Positions 26,233 through 40,780 of a DNA stretch of 64,000 nucleotides are shown piece by piece. Origin of the DNA: Octopus sinensis (Eukaryota); NCBI RefSeq assembly GCF_006345805.1, contig NC_043012.1:49042001-49106000 (forward strand), in the 5' to 3' direction. The position numbers were made by a program, and so were the translations under genes. Numbering within the stretch: position 1 is the stretch's first letter; every line of letters starts with the position of its first letter. The notes below the pieces were generated by a model. It was not told the origin of the DNA. It ran no database searches and saw only the letters and a program-made list of their open reading frames with translations.

Positions 26233-26896
26233 GTAAGCATTTGTACAAGAAAAGCTCCCCAGGTTGAGTAAAACTACATCTCATTTACCTTCGCAACACT
26301 ACGAAAAGTCAAGGACGCTACCTTCCCACTTCTGACTAAGCTGCCATTGAGAAGAAAAATATGATTTGTTTATTTGTAAATGTGTATCTTTTTAGTGTGC
26401 AATCCAGTTCAAGATCGGTCATTTGAATTTTTCACATAATTTTGCGCTAGTCTTATTTGTAATGTTGTTTCTTTTATTTGTTTTTTTTTTCCGTTATTGT
26501 AATTGTTTGACAGCAGACAAGTTTTGTGTGTTTGCGCTAATTTCCTCGTGAAGTAAGTGGAAACAAATTTACATAATTTATATAGCAGAACTAGAAATGA
26601 ATAGATAATGAGTAGGCAAAAGCTATAAGAAAAAAAAAAGTAACAACAACACTGCAGCATATAATTAAAAGAAAGACTTTAATTCATTTGATTGACATTC
26701 ATGTCTATACCATCGTAGGAGTGAAGCAACATGTGTGTGTTTATGTGTATGTGTGTGTGTATATGAATGTGCGTGTAAATACATACATACATACATACAT
26801 ACATACATACATACATTCAGACAGACTCTGGCACACACAAATGCCAATACACTCACACATAAATACATACATATCCTTTATCTTTTGACCTTATCG

Positions 26897-27262
26897 TTTA
26901 CTTCTTTCAGTCATTAGACTATGGCCATGCTGGGGCACCGCTGTGAAGAATTTTAGGTCGAATGAATCAACTCCAGTGATTTTTTGAAAAACCTAATACT
27001 TATTCAATCAGTTCCTTTTTCCGAACCAGTAAGTTGCGGGCACATAAACAAACGAACACCGGCTGTTCAGCGGCAATGTGGGACAAGCACGGACACACAC
27101 ATGCAACGGGCTTCTTTCAGTTTCCGTCTACCAAATCCATTCACAAAGTTTTGGTCGGCCCGAGGCTATAGTAAGACACTTGTCCAAGGTGCTACACAGA
27201 AGGACTGAACTCAGAACCATGTTGTTGGAAATCAAACTTCTTACCACGCAGCCACGTCTGCA
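26897..27262 (-). mobile_element. SINE family 1
   Basis: Reverse match to consensus. Confidence 0.85.
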
Positions 27263-27283
27263 CACATATATACCCAACACACA

Positions 27284-27333
<50 letters not shown>

Positions 27334-27872
27334 GTATAGGCATTATATATGCGTGTGTATACACGTATGTATGTAGGTACGTATATTTACATAAAATACA
27401 AATAAAAACATATATAAAAATGCCACGAGTTAAGAAACATTGTAAGAACAAGTTTAATATCGAATTACTTTTAGAATTAAAATGACGGGATAAAAATTAA
27501 CAAAGTTCAACATGACAAAAGACACTAACTAGAAAGCAATACACTTTCCCACTTTTTTCCAACAAATGAATGGTTGTTCTGTTGTCGTTGTGAAACATGT
27601 TCAACGGCCAATAATGCCCGAACATTGCTGTCTTGTGTTCACTTGGTATAGCTTCTTGACACATATCTGCTGTCATTTATTTTATCTTGCTTTCTCCACT
27701 CGTCACTCAAGTCATTATATTTAAAAAGAAGCTGGAATGAGAGAGTTGTGACGTGTGCATTTATTTATTTTTTTCTCAATAGCCTCCACAGCAGAAGTCA
27801 AAGCGACGTGGCTAAAAGATGGAAGAGAGAGTGAATAGTAACATTTTAGTTTGAGAATGTTATCAAATTACT

Positions 27873-28048
27873 GGCGCAGGAGTGGCTGTGTGGTAAGTGG
27901 CTTGCTTACCAACCACATGGTTCCGGATTCAGTCCCACTGCGTGGCACCTTGGGCAAGTGTCTTCTACTATAGCCTCGGGCCGACCAAAGCCTTGTTAGT
28001 GGATTTGGTGGACGGAAACTGAAAGAAGCCCGTCATATATATGCATAT

Positions 28049-28109
<61 letters not shown>

Positions 28110-28320
28110 ATGTTTGTGTGTCTGTGTTTGTCCCCCCCCCCATCGCTTGACAACCGATGCTGGTGTGTATACGTCCCCGTAACTTAGCGGTTCGGCAAAA
28201 AGAGACCGATGGAATAAGTACTAGGCTTACAAAGAATAAGTCCTGGGGGTCGATTTACTCGACTAAAAGCGGTGCTCCAGCATGGCCGCAGTCAGATGAC
28301 TGAAACAAGTAAAAGAGTAA
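27873..28320 (+). mobile_element. SINE family 1 (near-consensus copy)
   Basis: ggcgcaggagtggctgtgtggtaag...aaaagagtaa. Confidence 0.95.
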
Positions 28321-28359
28321 ACTCTTAGTGGAAATATTGGAGGCTTTTTGGCTTAGAAA

Positions 28360-28660
28360 CACTAACTGGCATTCTGTCGGTTTCTACGGTGAGGACCCCA
28401 GTTGATCCGAACAACGGAACAGCCTGCTCGTGAAGTTATCGTGTAAGTGGCTGGGTACTCCACCGACACGCGATCCCTTAACGTAGTTCTCAATGAGATT
28501 CAACGTACAGCAGAATGTGACACGGCTGGCCCTTTGAATTACATGTAGGACTCGTTTTTGTCAGTGGACTGGAGCAACTTGAATTAAAATGTATTGCTGA
28601 AAGATACAACACGCGACCAGGTGTCGAAGTCACGACCTTAACCACTAAACCTCGCGCCTT
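28360..28660 (-). mobile_element. tRNA-derived SINE family 3
   Basis: Reverse match to 61389-61705 (ccttaacgtagttctc, ggctggccctttgaa). Confidence 0.8.
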
Positions 28661-29717
28661 CTCAAAGAAAAGGCATGATCCCTTATTTTCCATTGCCTTC
28701 GAGACTAGTTATAGGAAGGAAGGAAAAGCAGCGAAGGGCTAGGTGGTGGTCTTAAAGTAGTTGACTGAGCAAGTGTATCACCCAAGATCTATGAATGCAA
28801 GGATCCAGAACAAATATCGTCAATTATCTTGCCCAACGGGGGAACTTTCGGCAGTAAGATTACTACATTCATTTGGCCGTCAATTCAGTGGTTGACAAAC
28901 CGCTGACTTGGTCTTTAACAATCATCGAAAGGTTACTAGCAATCGCTCCTACTACCACATTCATCATCAGTGCAGCATTTGAATTGCCATTCATCATTTT
29001 ATTTCATAGTTTTGTAATTAGGAACATATCAAGAAGGCTAAGATTCCAGCTACAGTTGTTTCTTTGAATTACAGTAGTTTTAGGCACCATGTGTGTGTGT
29101 GTGTGGGGGGAATGCATCTTCCGACGGGATGCCTAACTTCCTCTTTTGGCTTTTGTTCGCGTTCACTCTCGACACTTTCTCCTCTTCCCCTGTCCTGCCA
29201 ATCACTATTAAAAGAAGCAGCTTGTACCATAATATTAGTCCTGCGCTGAGAAAAAAAGCACCCAAATTAGTTGTTGGTATCAGGGAGTATAAAACTTCCA
29301 CCCAGGAATGAAATTATTATGAATTACAAACAACATACACTTGCGTCAGAAATTAATTAGCACTTCTCAAATTTCTACATTAAATAGGTTAAATCAATTA
29401 ACCTATGAGCTGTTCAAAACGTCTTACGCGATGAGAAAACTTAGTATGGTGTGATTTCGGTCCATGCGAGGCGCTACCTATATCTATTAAACAAAGGAAT
29501 TTGTCTGCATCCGCACTCCAAGTTGTTGTTGCACTGCTATGTCAACATCATAAGGCTGTAGACTCTCAAACTGCTCTGCAAACAAAGTTACGTCATCGTT
29601 CTGCGCAACAGTGAACTCGCAACAAAGCAATAGTTCGAGATATGGCCACTAGGTGACAGCACATACCTTGAGTGAAGAGCAAATCAAGGGTGCTAATTAA
29701 TTTCTGACGGTAGTGTA

Positions 29718-30140
29718 GGCACAGAAGTGGCTGTGTGGTAAGTAGCTTGCTTACCAACCTCTTGGTTCCGGGTTCAGTCCCACTGCATGGCACCTTGGGC
29801 AAGTGTCTTCTACTATAGCCTCGGGCCGACCAAAGCCTTGTGAGTGGATTTGGTAGACGGAAACTGAAAGAAGCTCGTCGTATATATATATGTACATATA
29901 TATATATATATATATAGATATATAGATATAGATATAGATATAATATATGTATCTATGTGTGTATATGTTTGTGTGTCTGTATTTGTCCCCCCCCCCCACA
30001 ACATCGCTTGACAACCGATGCTGGTGTTTACGTCCCCGTAACTTAGCAGTTCGGCAAAAGAGACCGATTTGCTCGACTAAAGGCGGTGCTCCAGCATGGT
30101 CCCAGTCAAATGATTGAAACAAGTAAAAGAGTGAAAGAGT
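29718..30140 (+). mobile_element. SINE family 1
   Basis: Full-length match. Confidence 0.92.
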
Positions 30141-30615
30141 ATGTGTGTGTGTGTGTGTGCGTGTGCGTGTGTGTGTGCGTTTGAAACAAGTAAAAGAGTA
30201 AAAGAGAGAGTAACACAAAACACGGAGACAACGACAGTGCTCACGGTTGTAAGTGGTTAATCATGAAGCTTTCTTTCTGCTTCTTTGAATTCTTTTCATT
30301 GTGTACTTCTATCTAAAAAAAAATATTTGGAGGCCGTATTTGTTTACCGTAATCAAAACTAAAGGTATTGCTACTATCACTCTAGCGTGCATCTCTTCCT
30401 GTTACTTTTGAAGTCATTTCCACGCACGAATAACAATACTAAGGGCTATTTGCCAAAACTTATAAGCAATAAAACATATCTATAAACAAATCTTTTATCA
30501 ACACCAGGTAATGGGGTGAGCCCTCAAACAACCTAAAACTGAAACAGAAAACAGAAATAGGAAATCATGGGGTAATTCGGTTACATGTTACTATGTTACT
30601 ATTTTCCCGGAACTG

Positions 30616-30686
<71 letters not shown>
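30616..30686. repeat. (TAA)n microsatellite
   Basis: Direct trinucleotide repeat. Confidence 0.95.
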
Positions 30687-30688
<2 letters not shown>

Positions 30689-30689
30689 T

Positions 30690-31072
30690 TGAATGGGTGG
30701 AATAAAATCCAAGCAGTTAATGTGTGAGCGATATGGATCAGGAAGTATAAAATGTCAAAAGAGAGAAGTGAGAAAAATGGATACCATGACCAGAAAAATG
30801 TTGACAGCTCACGGAGCCTTCCACATTAAGAATGACACCGATAGGCTGTACATATCCAGGAGAAAAGGTGGGAGAGGTTTGATCAGTTGCCAGGACTGTA
30901 TGGAAGCGGAGGAAAACATAAAAAATGCCGTGGATCCTCTGTTGAAACACACGAAGAAAGCTGGCGTAATCAAAACTAAAGAAAAATTTGAAGAAACGAA
31001 CAAAAAAAAAAGAAGAAAAAGAAAAAGTAAAAAGTATGGATTGAAAAGAAAATGTACGGTCAATTTAAGCTG
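30690..31072 (+). mobile_element. Non-LTR retrotransposon fragment, post-RT region, Dong/R4-like
   Basis: RKMDTMTRKMLTAHGAFHIKNDTDRLYISRRKGGRGLISCQDC and KKMYGQF; directly follows (TAA)n. Confidence 0.75.
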
Positions 31073-31079
31073 ATGAGGG

Positions 31080-31495
31080 TTTTGCCAAGATGCAAGATGA
31101 GAAGCCAACAGATAGATAAAAGTTGCTTGCTCTTTCCGGCCAAAGGAAGGCAGTGAGTCAATATTGACAAAAGGTTCGGGTGAGATCCGGCTGATGGCTG
31201 GATTCGACAGACACGTGATAGTTACATTTTGACTGAACGTCAGCAACTCTCGGGTAGTAGGTTAATACATACAAAGCGGTTCCGTTGCCCAACACATATC
31301 TCGAGCAGACGTGGATGTAGACAATTCCATATCTGTAGAGTTTATCTTGAACGATAGAGACAGGAGGGTGATAGCTAGAATGCCTCTGCCTTGAAACACC
31401 ATGTCGGAAGTAAAAGGTGGGGATGGCCATGGCTCGAACGTCTTAAATCGGGTAAAGAATATCACCAGTACTGCCATTGTGCCCATGTCATAATT
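31080..31495 (-). mobile_element. Tx1/L1-clade LINE 3' fragment (zf-RVT region), frameshifted
   Basis: Across minus-strand frames: AVLVIFFTRFKTFEPWP...; QDKLYRYGIVYIHVCSRYVLGNGTALYVLTYYPRVADV (decayed CxxC...HxxxxC); SRISPEPFVNIDSLPSFGRKEQATFIYLLA. Confidence 0.65.
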
Positions 31496-31499
31496 AATT

Positions 31500-31756
31500 T
31501 TGCTGTCGTCGTCGTCATTGGTGGTGATGATGAAGACGACGATGACGATGATGATGATGAGGAGGATGATGATCATAATGATGATGATTATGATGGCGGT
31601 GGTGGTGGTGATGATGATGATGAAGATGATGATGATGATGATGAGGAGGAGGAGGATGAAGATGGGGATGAGGATGATGATGCGATGATGATGATGATAA
31701 TGATGATATAATGATGATGATGATGATACGATGATGATGATGATGATACAATGATG

Positions 31757-31793
<37 letters not shown>

Positions 31794-31825
31794 GGATGAT
31801 GATGATGGTGGTGGTGGTGATGAAT
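31500..31825. repeat. (GAT)n/(GGT)n low-complexity tract
   Basis: Trinucleotide repeats; source of the poly-D/H/M ORFs. Confidence 0.92.
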
Positions 31826-32824
31826 AAAGTAGGTGGTGTTGAACAGCAGCTTAGGAAGATAAAGAAAGCGGGAAAAGAAAGAGAAAAAAAAAGCAAGGTT
31901 GAGATGAGAAAAAATAAAACAGAAATGTGTGAGAGAAGAAGGGTAAAAATAAAATAAAACAAAACACATAACAGAATAAAAAGCAAAAAAACAAAATGAA
32001 TATTGTGTATCATCAGTAATTTAACAGAGCTGTTTTGTTTTGGGTTTTTCTGTTTTACCATTTCACGGCCTTTTGCCAATTCAAAATAAATTCCTTAATT
32101 TCTTTTCTGAGGGGCCAATCCCTTTTGCTTCTTTTTCTACCTGACCCCTAGTTTCTCTGAACGCTTCATTAACTTCAAATATATTGCACTCTAAAACAGG
32201 GGAAGAGTGCTGCAAGTTAAATGTCGAAAATACGAATACAGAAAGAAATAATGATAGCGTGACCATCTGGTGATGTTTAGCTGACCATAACCGTTACGGT
32301 TGAATGCAGAACTTGTAAAGGAATTTTGAACGAGACAATTAAGCCGAGACAGAAAGAAGCCCGTACTAAATGCATTACGGTATCTAGTTTCGTGCATTAA
32401 GTTTCAATTTCCTGTCGAAATCATTTTATTTCACCTATGCCAATAAAGGCCCTCGCAACTATCTGGTTTTCTTTCTTAAAATATAAGGTTTACCCCCCTT
32501 TCTTTAGGATCTCAAATTCTCTTTTATATTCGCTTTTTGAATCTAGTTGAACCGATCTTTTTCACATTTGACCCAAACCGATTTTTTTCCATAGAAGGTA
32601 AGACAGACATAGAAGTAGAGAGAAACTGAGGAAGAGAGAGAGAGAAAGAGAGAGAGAGAGGGAGATAGAGTGTGAGAGAGAAATCTACCTCTGGTGTGGC
32701 TTTGCAACTACATGGTTCGATTGCAGTTCGATTGCATCACATCTCTGGTATCTTCTCCGATATTTTCTGGCCAACGAATTCTTTGTGAGGTAATCTGATA
32801 GGCGGAAACTATGTGGAAGCTCGT

Positions 32825-33228
32825 CGCACAGGAGTGGCTGTGTGGTAAGTAGCTTGCTAACCAACCACATGGTTCCGGGTTCAGTCCCACTGCGTGCGCA
32901 AGTGTCTTGTACTATAGCCTCGGGCTAACCAAAGCCTTGTGAGTGGATTTGGTAGACGGAAACTGAAATAAGCCCGTCGTATATATGTATATGTATATAT
33001 ATATGTATGTGCATGTAGATATTTGTCCCCCAACATCGCTTGACAAACGATGCTGGTGAGTTCACGTCCCCGTAACTTAGCGGTTCGGCAAAAGTGACCG
33101 ATAGAATAAGTACTAGGCTTACAAAGAATAAGTCCTGGGGGCGATTTGCTCAACTAAAGGCGTTACTCCAGCATGGCCACAGTCAAATGACTGAAACAAG
33201 TAATAGAGTAAAAGAGAGTAAAAGAGTA
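32825..33228 (+). mobile_element. SINE family 1
   Basis: Full-length match. Confidence 0.92.
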
Positions 33229-33263
33229 TATATATATATATATATTATATATATATAAATATA

Positions 33264-33302
<39 letters not shown>

Positions 33303-33562
33303 GTAAAAAAACACGCAGAGACACATATACGTGCATCTTGTGTGTGTCCTTCCACTGCTTGTTAACTGGTATCTGTTTACGCACCGTACATAATGAACAA
33401 TAAAAAAGTACAAGATTATAAAAGTAATTAATACTAGGGTCGATTTATTGATCGAACACTTCAAGGCGGTGCTGCAGCATGGCCGCAGTGAAGTGTTTGC
33501 ACCAAATAGAAGAATAAAAGAATTTCTGAATTGGTACCAAATGTTCGTACATTCAATTTTAA

Positions 33563-34332
33563 TTACATGAAAGCAAACTGACACATTTGTAGTTTTGTCT
33601 TTCGTCTCCACGTGAACGATGGAATGCGTCTCAGCAATATGCATGTGTGGGTTATATCGACTCTTCTCTGTTTCGAAAGAACTGGGAGAATTGTCAGAAC
33701 GTCAGACAAATTACTTTGTAGTAATTTTTCTGGCCCATTACATTCTATAATGTCGATAAAATAAGTTACCAGCGAGTCGTAATCGTCTTTTTTGTTCCCC
33801 ACAAATTTCAGGCCTTGTGTTTATATAAGAAAATAAATTAGATTCATCATAAGATAACAAAATAATTTCGCCATGTGGACCAGAAGCACTTTTATTTTTT
33901 GAAGGTATAAATCTCTGGGTAGCATGAAGTTGTTTTTCTAAGCTGATATGTACTGTACTCTTTCGTTTCTTTCGTTAATACTTGTTTTGCTATTTTGGTT
34001 TCAATCTTAAGTGTTGTCAAAACTTTTGTCATATCGTAAACGTTGTTTATCTCTGTGTCAGTTCTGATATGATCAAAGACATTCCATCTCTCCTTGAATA
34101 TTTGTTCTACATAACTATATGTACCCACAACGTCATTATGTAATGTGTGCCTTATTTTTAAAATAGAAAGTTGTGGTTTGCAGTAGATGATGGCTGCTTT
34201 TTCTATTGGTTTTGGTACGAGGTAGACTCTACGTCGTAGACGCTTCGCCCGTTTCCTCATTTCATTGGATTGGATAGTGGCTTTGTTAAATGTGGCGAAC
34301 AGAAACGAAAAGTGCCATATTCCAAATGCCAA
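33563..34332 (-). pseudogene. Unidentified coding-like segment (146-aa and 79-aa co-oriented ORFs), probably a disrupted gene or TE ORF
   Basis: Long non-repetitive open frames in AT-rich DNA; no family recognised. Confidence 0.3.
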
Positions 34333-34766
34333 ATTCCATAATTGATAGTTATTTTACAAAAATTTTGATCATAAGTGAGATGCTTTTATTCCCACCTCCC
34401 GAATATTTTCTTGTCACAGGAAACATGCAATGCTCAGCAATTATAGAATTAAAACTGAATTACAATACTAATGGCGATTATAATGATGATATGTTGGATA
34501 TGGTAACGAATACAGGCATCATAATAAAAGTAGCACTCGTTTCAAACACACTCAAATGGCGTTATAAACCTCATTTAATGTCTAACTAAATGGCAATGGA
34601 TCCTCGTGGAAGAATTCATAGTCAACTCCGATTTTCTTACGTGCAATGAAGTGAAGAAGCCCTAAATTTCTGCTAGTGAACAAAACATGTACGAAATGTT
34701 AATTCTTTCGTTTTGCTTTCACATTTGTTCTTGTGGGTATTTAAGGGTATATACGATATATATATA

Positions 34767-35691
<925 letters not shown>

Positions 35692-35814
35692 CATATATAT
35701 GTACATACATATATATAATATAAACAATATATATATATAATATGAATATATGCATATATACATACGTATATGTATATATTTACATCTATACGTATATATA
35801 TATGCATATGTGGG

Positions 35815-35985
35815 CACAGGACGTCATGAAACTTGTATAACAAAAAGCATGAGTACATGGAACATGAACTATTCTTTCGAACAACGAAAGACAGAAATGG
35901 AAAACAAAACAAACAACATAAAGGACGACCCTTCATCAGTTCTTGGCTGTTTCTCTAGTCTCGTAAGTCGAGCATTTAAGGATAT
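35815..35985 (-). mobile_element. PLE family D terminal fragment
   Basis: gacccttcatcagtt shared with ~6120. Confidence 0.55.
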
Positions 35986-36325
35986 ATATACAGAGAGAGA
36001 GAGAGACAGACAGAGAGACAGAGACAGAGAGAGAGAGAGAGGGGGGGAGGGAGAGAGAGGGTAGTAGCCGACTAAGGGATAAAATATCCGTATATACTAT
36101 CAGTATCCATTATCTGTTTTAACCGCGGGCAATAGTGTGCAGGACACCATATACATCGAGCACAGGTAACAACAGGATTAACAAAAGTTTATCAGGAACC
36201 AATGCAAATAATTAGAAAATGGAGAAAAACATAGATTAACCAGTGCACTGATAGAACTACATTTTAAAGCGTATTTATTGATATACTTTAAAATGCGCTG
36301 GTTAGTCTTTTTCTCCATTTTCTAA

Positions 36326-36377
<52 letters not shown>

Positions 36378-36381
<4 letters not shown>

Positions 36382-36495
36382 ACAAAATGAGACAAGAACG
36401 CAAAACATCCGGACAGCTAGGTGATACGCAAAGGGATAACAAAACATCCAGATTGACGATACAAAGAAAACAGGGACAGGTCATTCGAAGCCCCC
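36378..36495 (-). mobile_element. PLE family C terminal fragment
   Basis: gtacaaaatgagacaagaacgcaaaacatcc...cattcgaagcc next to (TA)n. Confidence 0.6.
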
Positions 36496-36509
36496 CTCTC
36501 TCTGTCTGA

Positions 36510-36599
<90 letters not shown>

Positions 36600-36934
36600 T
36601 TCCATTGAAAATCTTACCAAGTACCACTTAATAATAGCTTAAGAGCACTTAATATGTCCAACGTAGTATGATATATTTGAGGCCAAATTGACAATGCGAA
36701 TAACATTAATAATTTTCTGACTACTTATTTTACGTATGAATGTTAGGAAATATTCACTACTCCTAACATCTTTAAATAAACTATAAGCCCTGATTGTCAT
36801 CAGATACCTTATACATTTGGATGTACACATAATATGAACCAGAATGCTGGATTCATATGCATATACATGCATATATGCATACAGACACAAACACACATGC
36901 GTACACATTTACATAGATATAAATATAGCATAAG

Positions 36935-37150
36935 ATAGAGTTCAAATTTGGCACAAGATCAGAAAATTCAAGAGAGGAGATAAGTCGATTACATCGACGC
37001 CAGTGCTCAACTGGTACTTATTTTATCGACTCCGAAAGGATGAAAAACAAAGTCGACCTCGGCAGAATTTGAAACCATATCGTAAAGACGAACGAAACGC
37101 CGCTATGCATTTTGTCCGGGTTGTCAGCGATTCTGCCAGTTCGCCGACTT
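36935..37150 (-). mobile_element. SINE family 2
   Basis: caaatttggcacaag...aaagtcgacctcggcagaatttgaa...ctgccagttcgccg. Confidence 0.85.
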
Positions 37151-37533
37151 ATAATATAAAATGATATCACATAATACAGCATAATATAATATATGCGCAT
37201 TTAAGGATGTTATGCGACGATATGTATTACATACAACTGAAATATACTTCCTCTTTGATCACCTTTCCAATTCAGATTATCAAAAAACACACAAAGTGTA
37301 AAGGTGACCAGTTTGCTAAAACAATGAAATAAGCTATCCAGTTATTTCAGCTGAATACTTCACAAGATACGAAATAAACAGCATAAGACAGAAAGAAAGC
37401 AGTGAGGGGGTGGGAGACAAAGAGAGAGAAAGACAGGAACAGACAGGCAGAGACACACGGGAAGATAGATAGAGAGAGAGAACAAACAGAACGATAGAGA
37501 GAAAGAGAGCGAGGGACAGAGATAGGGAGAGAT

Positions 37534-37572
<39 letters not shown>

Positions 37573-37825
37573 AGGAGAGAGTTAAGAATCCTTTCTTTAT
37601 AATTTCATTCACGAGAGTACTTAATTCATAGTCACTTCACTTCATTAAAGTAGGGGCTAAAATCCTCACACTGAGCAACGTAGTTCCTAATACGCGAATG
37701 TAGGGTTTGTCGCGGCTGAAATGCCTTTAATTATAATTTTCTTTCACTCGACTGGTATAGGAATACTCAACAACAAACTTTGCTTCGAATAACTGAGGGA
37801 AAAATGATCTTTGCGAAGACGCTCC

Positions 37826-37889
<64 letters not shown>

Positions 37890-38045
37890 CACGCACAAAT
37901 ATATAAATGGATGTGTGTATTTTTCCCTTTACAATTAACACAGAAAAATATACAGTTACCAGGGCAGCAAAAAATCACACAAATAATAGGGACGTAACAC
38001 CCTGATTTTAAAGGTAGAAACTCCGTGTTGATGTGAAATATTTTG

Positions 38046-38126
<81 letters not shown>

Positions 38127-38139
38127 TGTGTGTGTGTAA

Positions 38140-38270
38140 AAAATACAAACTGGGACAAGAACGCAAAACATTTAGAAGACGATACAAAAAACACGGACGG
38201 GACATTCGAAGCCTTCAATCTTCAGTCAAGAACCGGATCATCCTCGTAATTTCGGCTGATTAATCTTTAC
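38140..38270 (-). mobile_element. PLE family C terminal fragment
   Basis: gggacattcgaagccttcaatcttcagtcaagaaccggatcatcc. Confidence 0.65.
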
Positions 38271-38325
38271 ATATATATATTATAAATAAATGGAGTTAAA
38301 CGCAGGTGTTATTCAAATTCTTTTA

Positions 38326-38412
38326 CTTCCGACACATGTTTCGAAGAAAACATTGGTATTATTCCAAAGGAATAAAATGGTGTAAAACAATGTAATCTCC
38401 TCTTCATGGAAA
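38326..38412 (-). ncRNA. Degenerate hammerhead related to 15807-15889
   Basis: Reverse complement: ttcc ATGAAGA ggaga...tcttc GAAA catgtg TC ggaag (C3 changed to A). Confidence 0.55.
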
Positions 38413-38669
38413 GAAAGAAATAAACCAATCTCATCAATAATACATTTTATCAGAATGTACACTATATGTGTGTCCTTATATTTTCGAACATATATGGACA
38501 TAGATATTGTGTCGTATAGCCACCTGGAAACGATATTTCTTGGGGTTTAACAGCAGTAACTATCGTCCCTTCCAGAACAGCCATATTATGTTGGCAAATA
38601 GCCTTTACTCTAAAGAACTGTTACTGAATATTTCTCTTTGAGAGATTTAGAAAGAATAATATTTCTATT

Positions 38670-38985
38670 TGAAGTATTTGAACTCAGAACGTAAACACAG
38701 ACTGCTGAGTATTTTGCTCGGCGTGCTAACGATTCTGCCAGCTCTCCGTCTTCTAAACAACCTTCTAAATATCTATTTCATTGCCCACAGGAGGCTAGAC
38801 ATAGAGGAGACAAACAGGGACAGCCAAAGGGATTAAGTTGATTACATCGACCCCAGTGCATAACTGGTTCTTATTTAATCGACCCCGCAACGATGAAAGG
38901 TAAAGTCGACCTCGGCGGAATTTGAAATCAGAACGTGCAGACGGACGCAATACCGCTGAACATTTCTGCCAGCTCGCCGCCCTCA
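38670..38985 (-). mobile_element. SINE family 2 (two partial copies)
   Basis: gaactcagaacgtaaac and gtaaagtcgacctcggcggaatttgaa. Confidence 0.8.
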
Positions 38986-40084
38986 ACCTTCTAAATACTA
39001 CTACTCTAATGTTTTAGACTGTTCCTCTTTTCGGGTATATGAACTACTGGCTCTCCGCCACACACACGCACACACATGTATGTATGTGTTCACATATGTC
39101 TGTATGCATGTATGTGTGTGTGTGTGTGTGTGTGTGTTGTGTGTGTGTGTGTGTATGTGTGTGTGTGTGTGTACTAATATATTTGTTTTTCACTTGGGCT
39201 ATTTTTTTTTCTGTATGTTTGTGTCGTCTGGCGGAAAATAAATATATCCCTATTATTTGTTAATGTTTGTATGTATAAGAGAGGTGTTGACTGATTGAAA
39301 ATGAAAATAATGTCTCTTTGTATCTGGTTTGCATTCTTCAAATAGAAACTAAGTTTCTTAGAATATTAACAGTTCCAAGCAATGATGGATGTTGATATTT
39401 GGTTTCATTTGAAGTTCTTTGATGTAGAATAGCAGCTTTTGGAGGTCAACTGAACCAAGTTCCGCCAACTAGCATTGCCATCACTCTTATGTGTTTATGT
39501 ACATATGTACGAGTGTGTGTGTGTGTGTTACTGGTGTACAATAACGTCGGTTGTGACTAATTTCCCAGCAGCCAATAAATAATGCATTGCACTTCCGATG
39601 GCAAGAATTACAAAGAAGAGTATGTAGCCTGAGGCAGAACAAATATCAATATGGACTTCACTTATGAAGTTTGGGGTTTTATTCGTCGCTTCTTATTGTG
39701 ATGCTTATATCCGGCATCAGTGCATATCGGCGTAAGGCGCATGCGCACAAAGACACAAACACACGAACGCACATGCACATACCAAAAAAAAACATTCACT
39801 CATATTTGTATGTATGTATGTGTGCATATATATATATATATATATATACTTATAAGAAAAATGGGATTGAAAATAACCTGGCAGATATCAATAAAGCACT
39901 CAGAATTTGGTTATAAACGAATTTGGTTATAAATGTTACTGTTTTATAGTATTCCCATTTATATTGTCATATGTTATTTATTTCGTTGAACCCGGAATGA
40001 TGGAAAGTAAAGCCTACCTGGTTCTACTGATTACGCTAATCCACCACAATTTTGGCAACAATGAATAATTCTTTCTTATTTTGG

Positions 40085-40780
40085 CCCAAGACTATCAGTT
40101 TTAAGGAACGGAGAGCGTCAATTTACACTTTATTATATCGATGTTGAAAAGCAAAGTCGACTAACGACTCTGCCTTTAATAGTAATCATACTTTCTGCAA
40201 TCGGCAGTTCCCTTGAAATTCTAGGTGAAGTGGATAGTCGAAACATCGACCCCAGTGTTCAGTTGGCACATATTTTATCGACCCCGAACGGACGAAATAC
40301 AATGTTGATCTCGTCGGTATTTGATCTCCGTACGTAAAGAGTCGGAAGAAATGCCACTCAACATTTTGTTCAACGCGTTGACAAATTCCGCCAGCTTAGA
40401 GCATTGGGAAGGAGGAAAGTCGTTTTTATCGACTCTAATGTTCAACTGATGCTTTTTTTATCGACCCTAAAAACAGTGAAAGACAAAGTCCACCTTGGCG
40501 GGATTTTAACATTTAATCTATGTTATAACATTCTTACCAGCTCGCTGCCTTATAAATAATCGCTTTAAATTTTGGCACAAGGCCAACAGTTTCGGGGGAT
40601 TGGGTAAGTCGATTCCATTGACCCCAGTGCTCGACTGTTACTTATTTTATCCCCCCCCCCAGGATGAAAAGCAAAGTCAACCTCGACGGAATTTGAATTC
40701 CGAACATGAAGACAGACCAAGGAGCGCTAAAAATTTTACCCGGTGTGCTAACACCTCTGCCAGCTCACCACCTTAGCTGC
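40085..40780 (-). mobile_element. Cluster of three to four co-oriented SINE family 2 copies
   Basis: Repeated atcgaccccagtg...ttttatcgaccc...aaagtc motifs. Confidence 0.8.
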
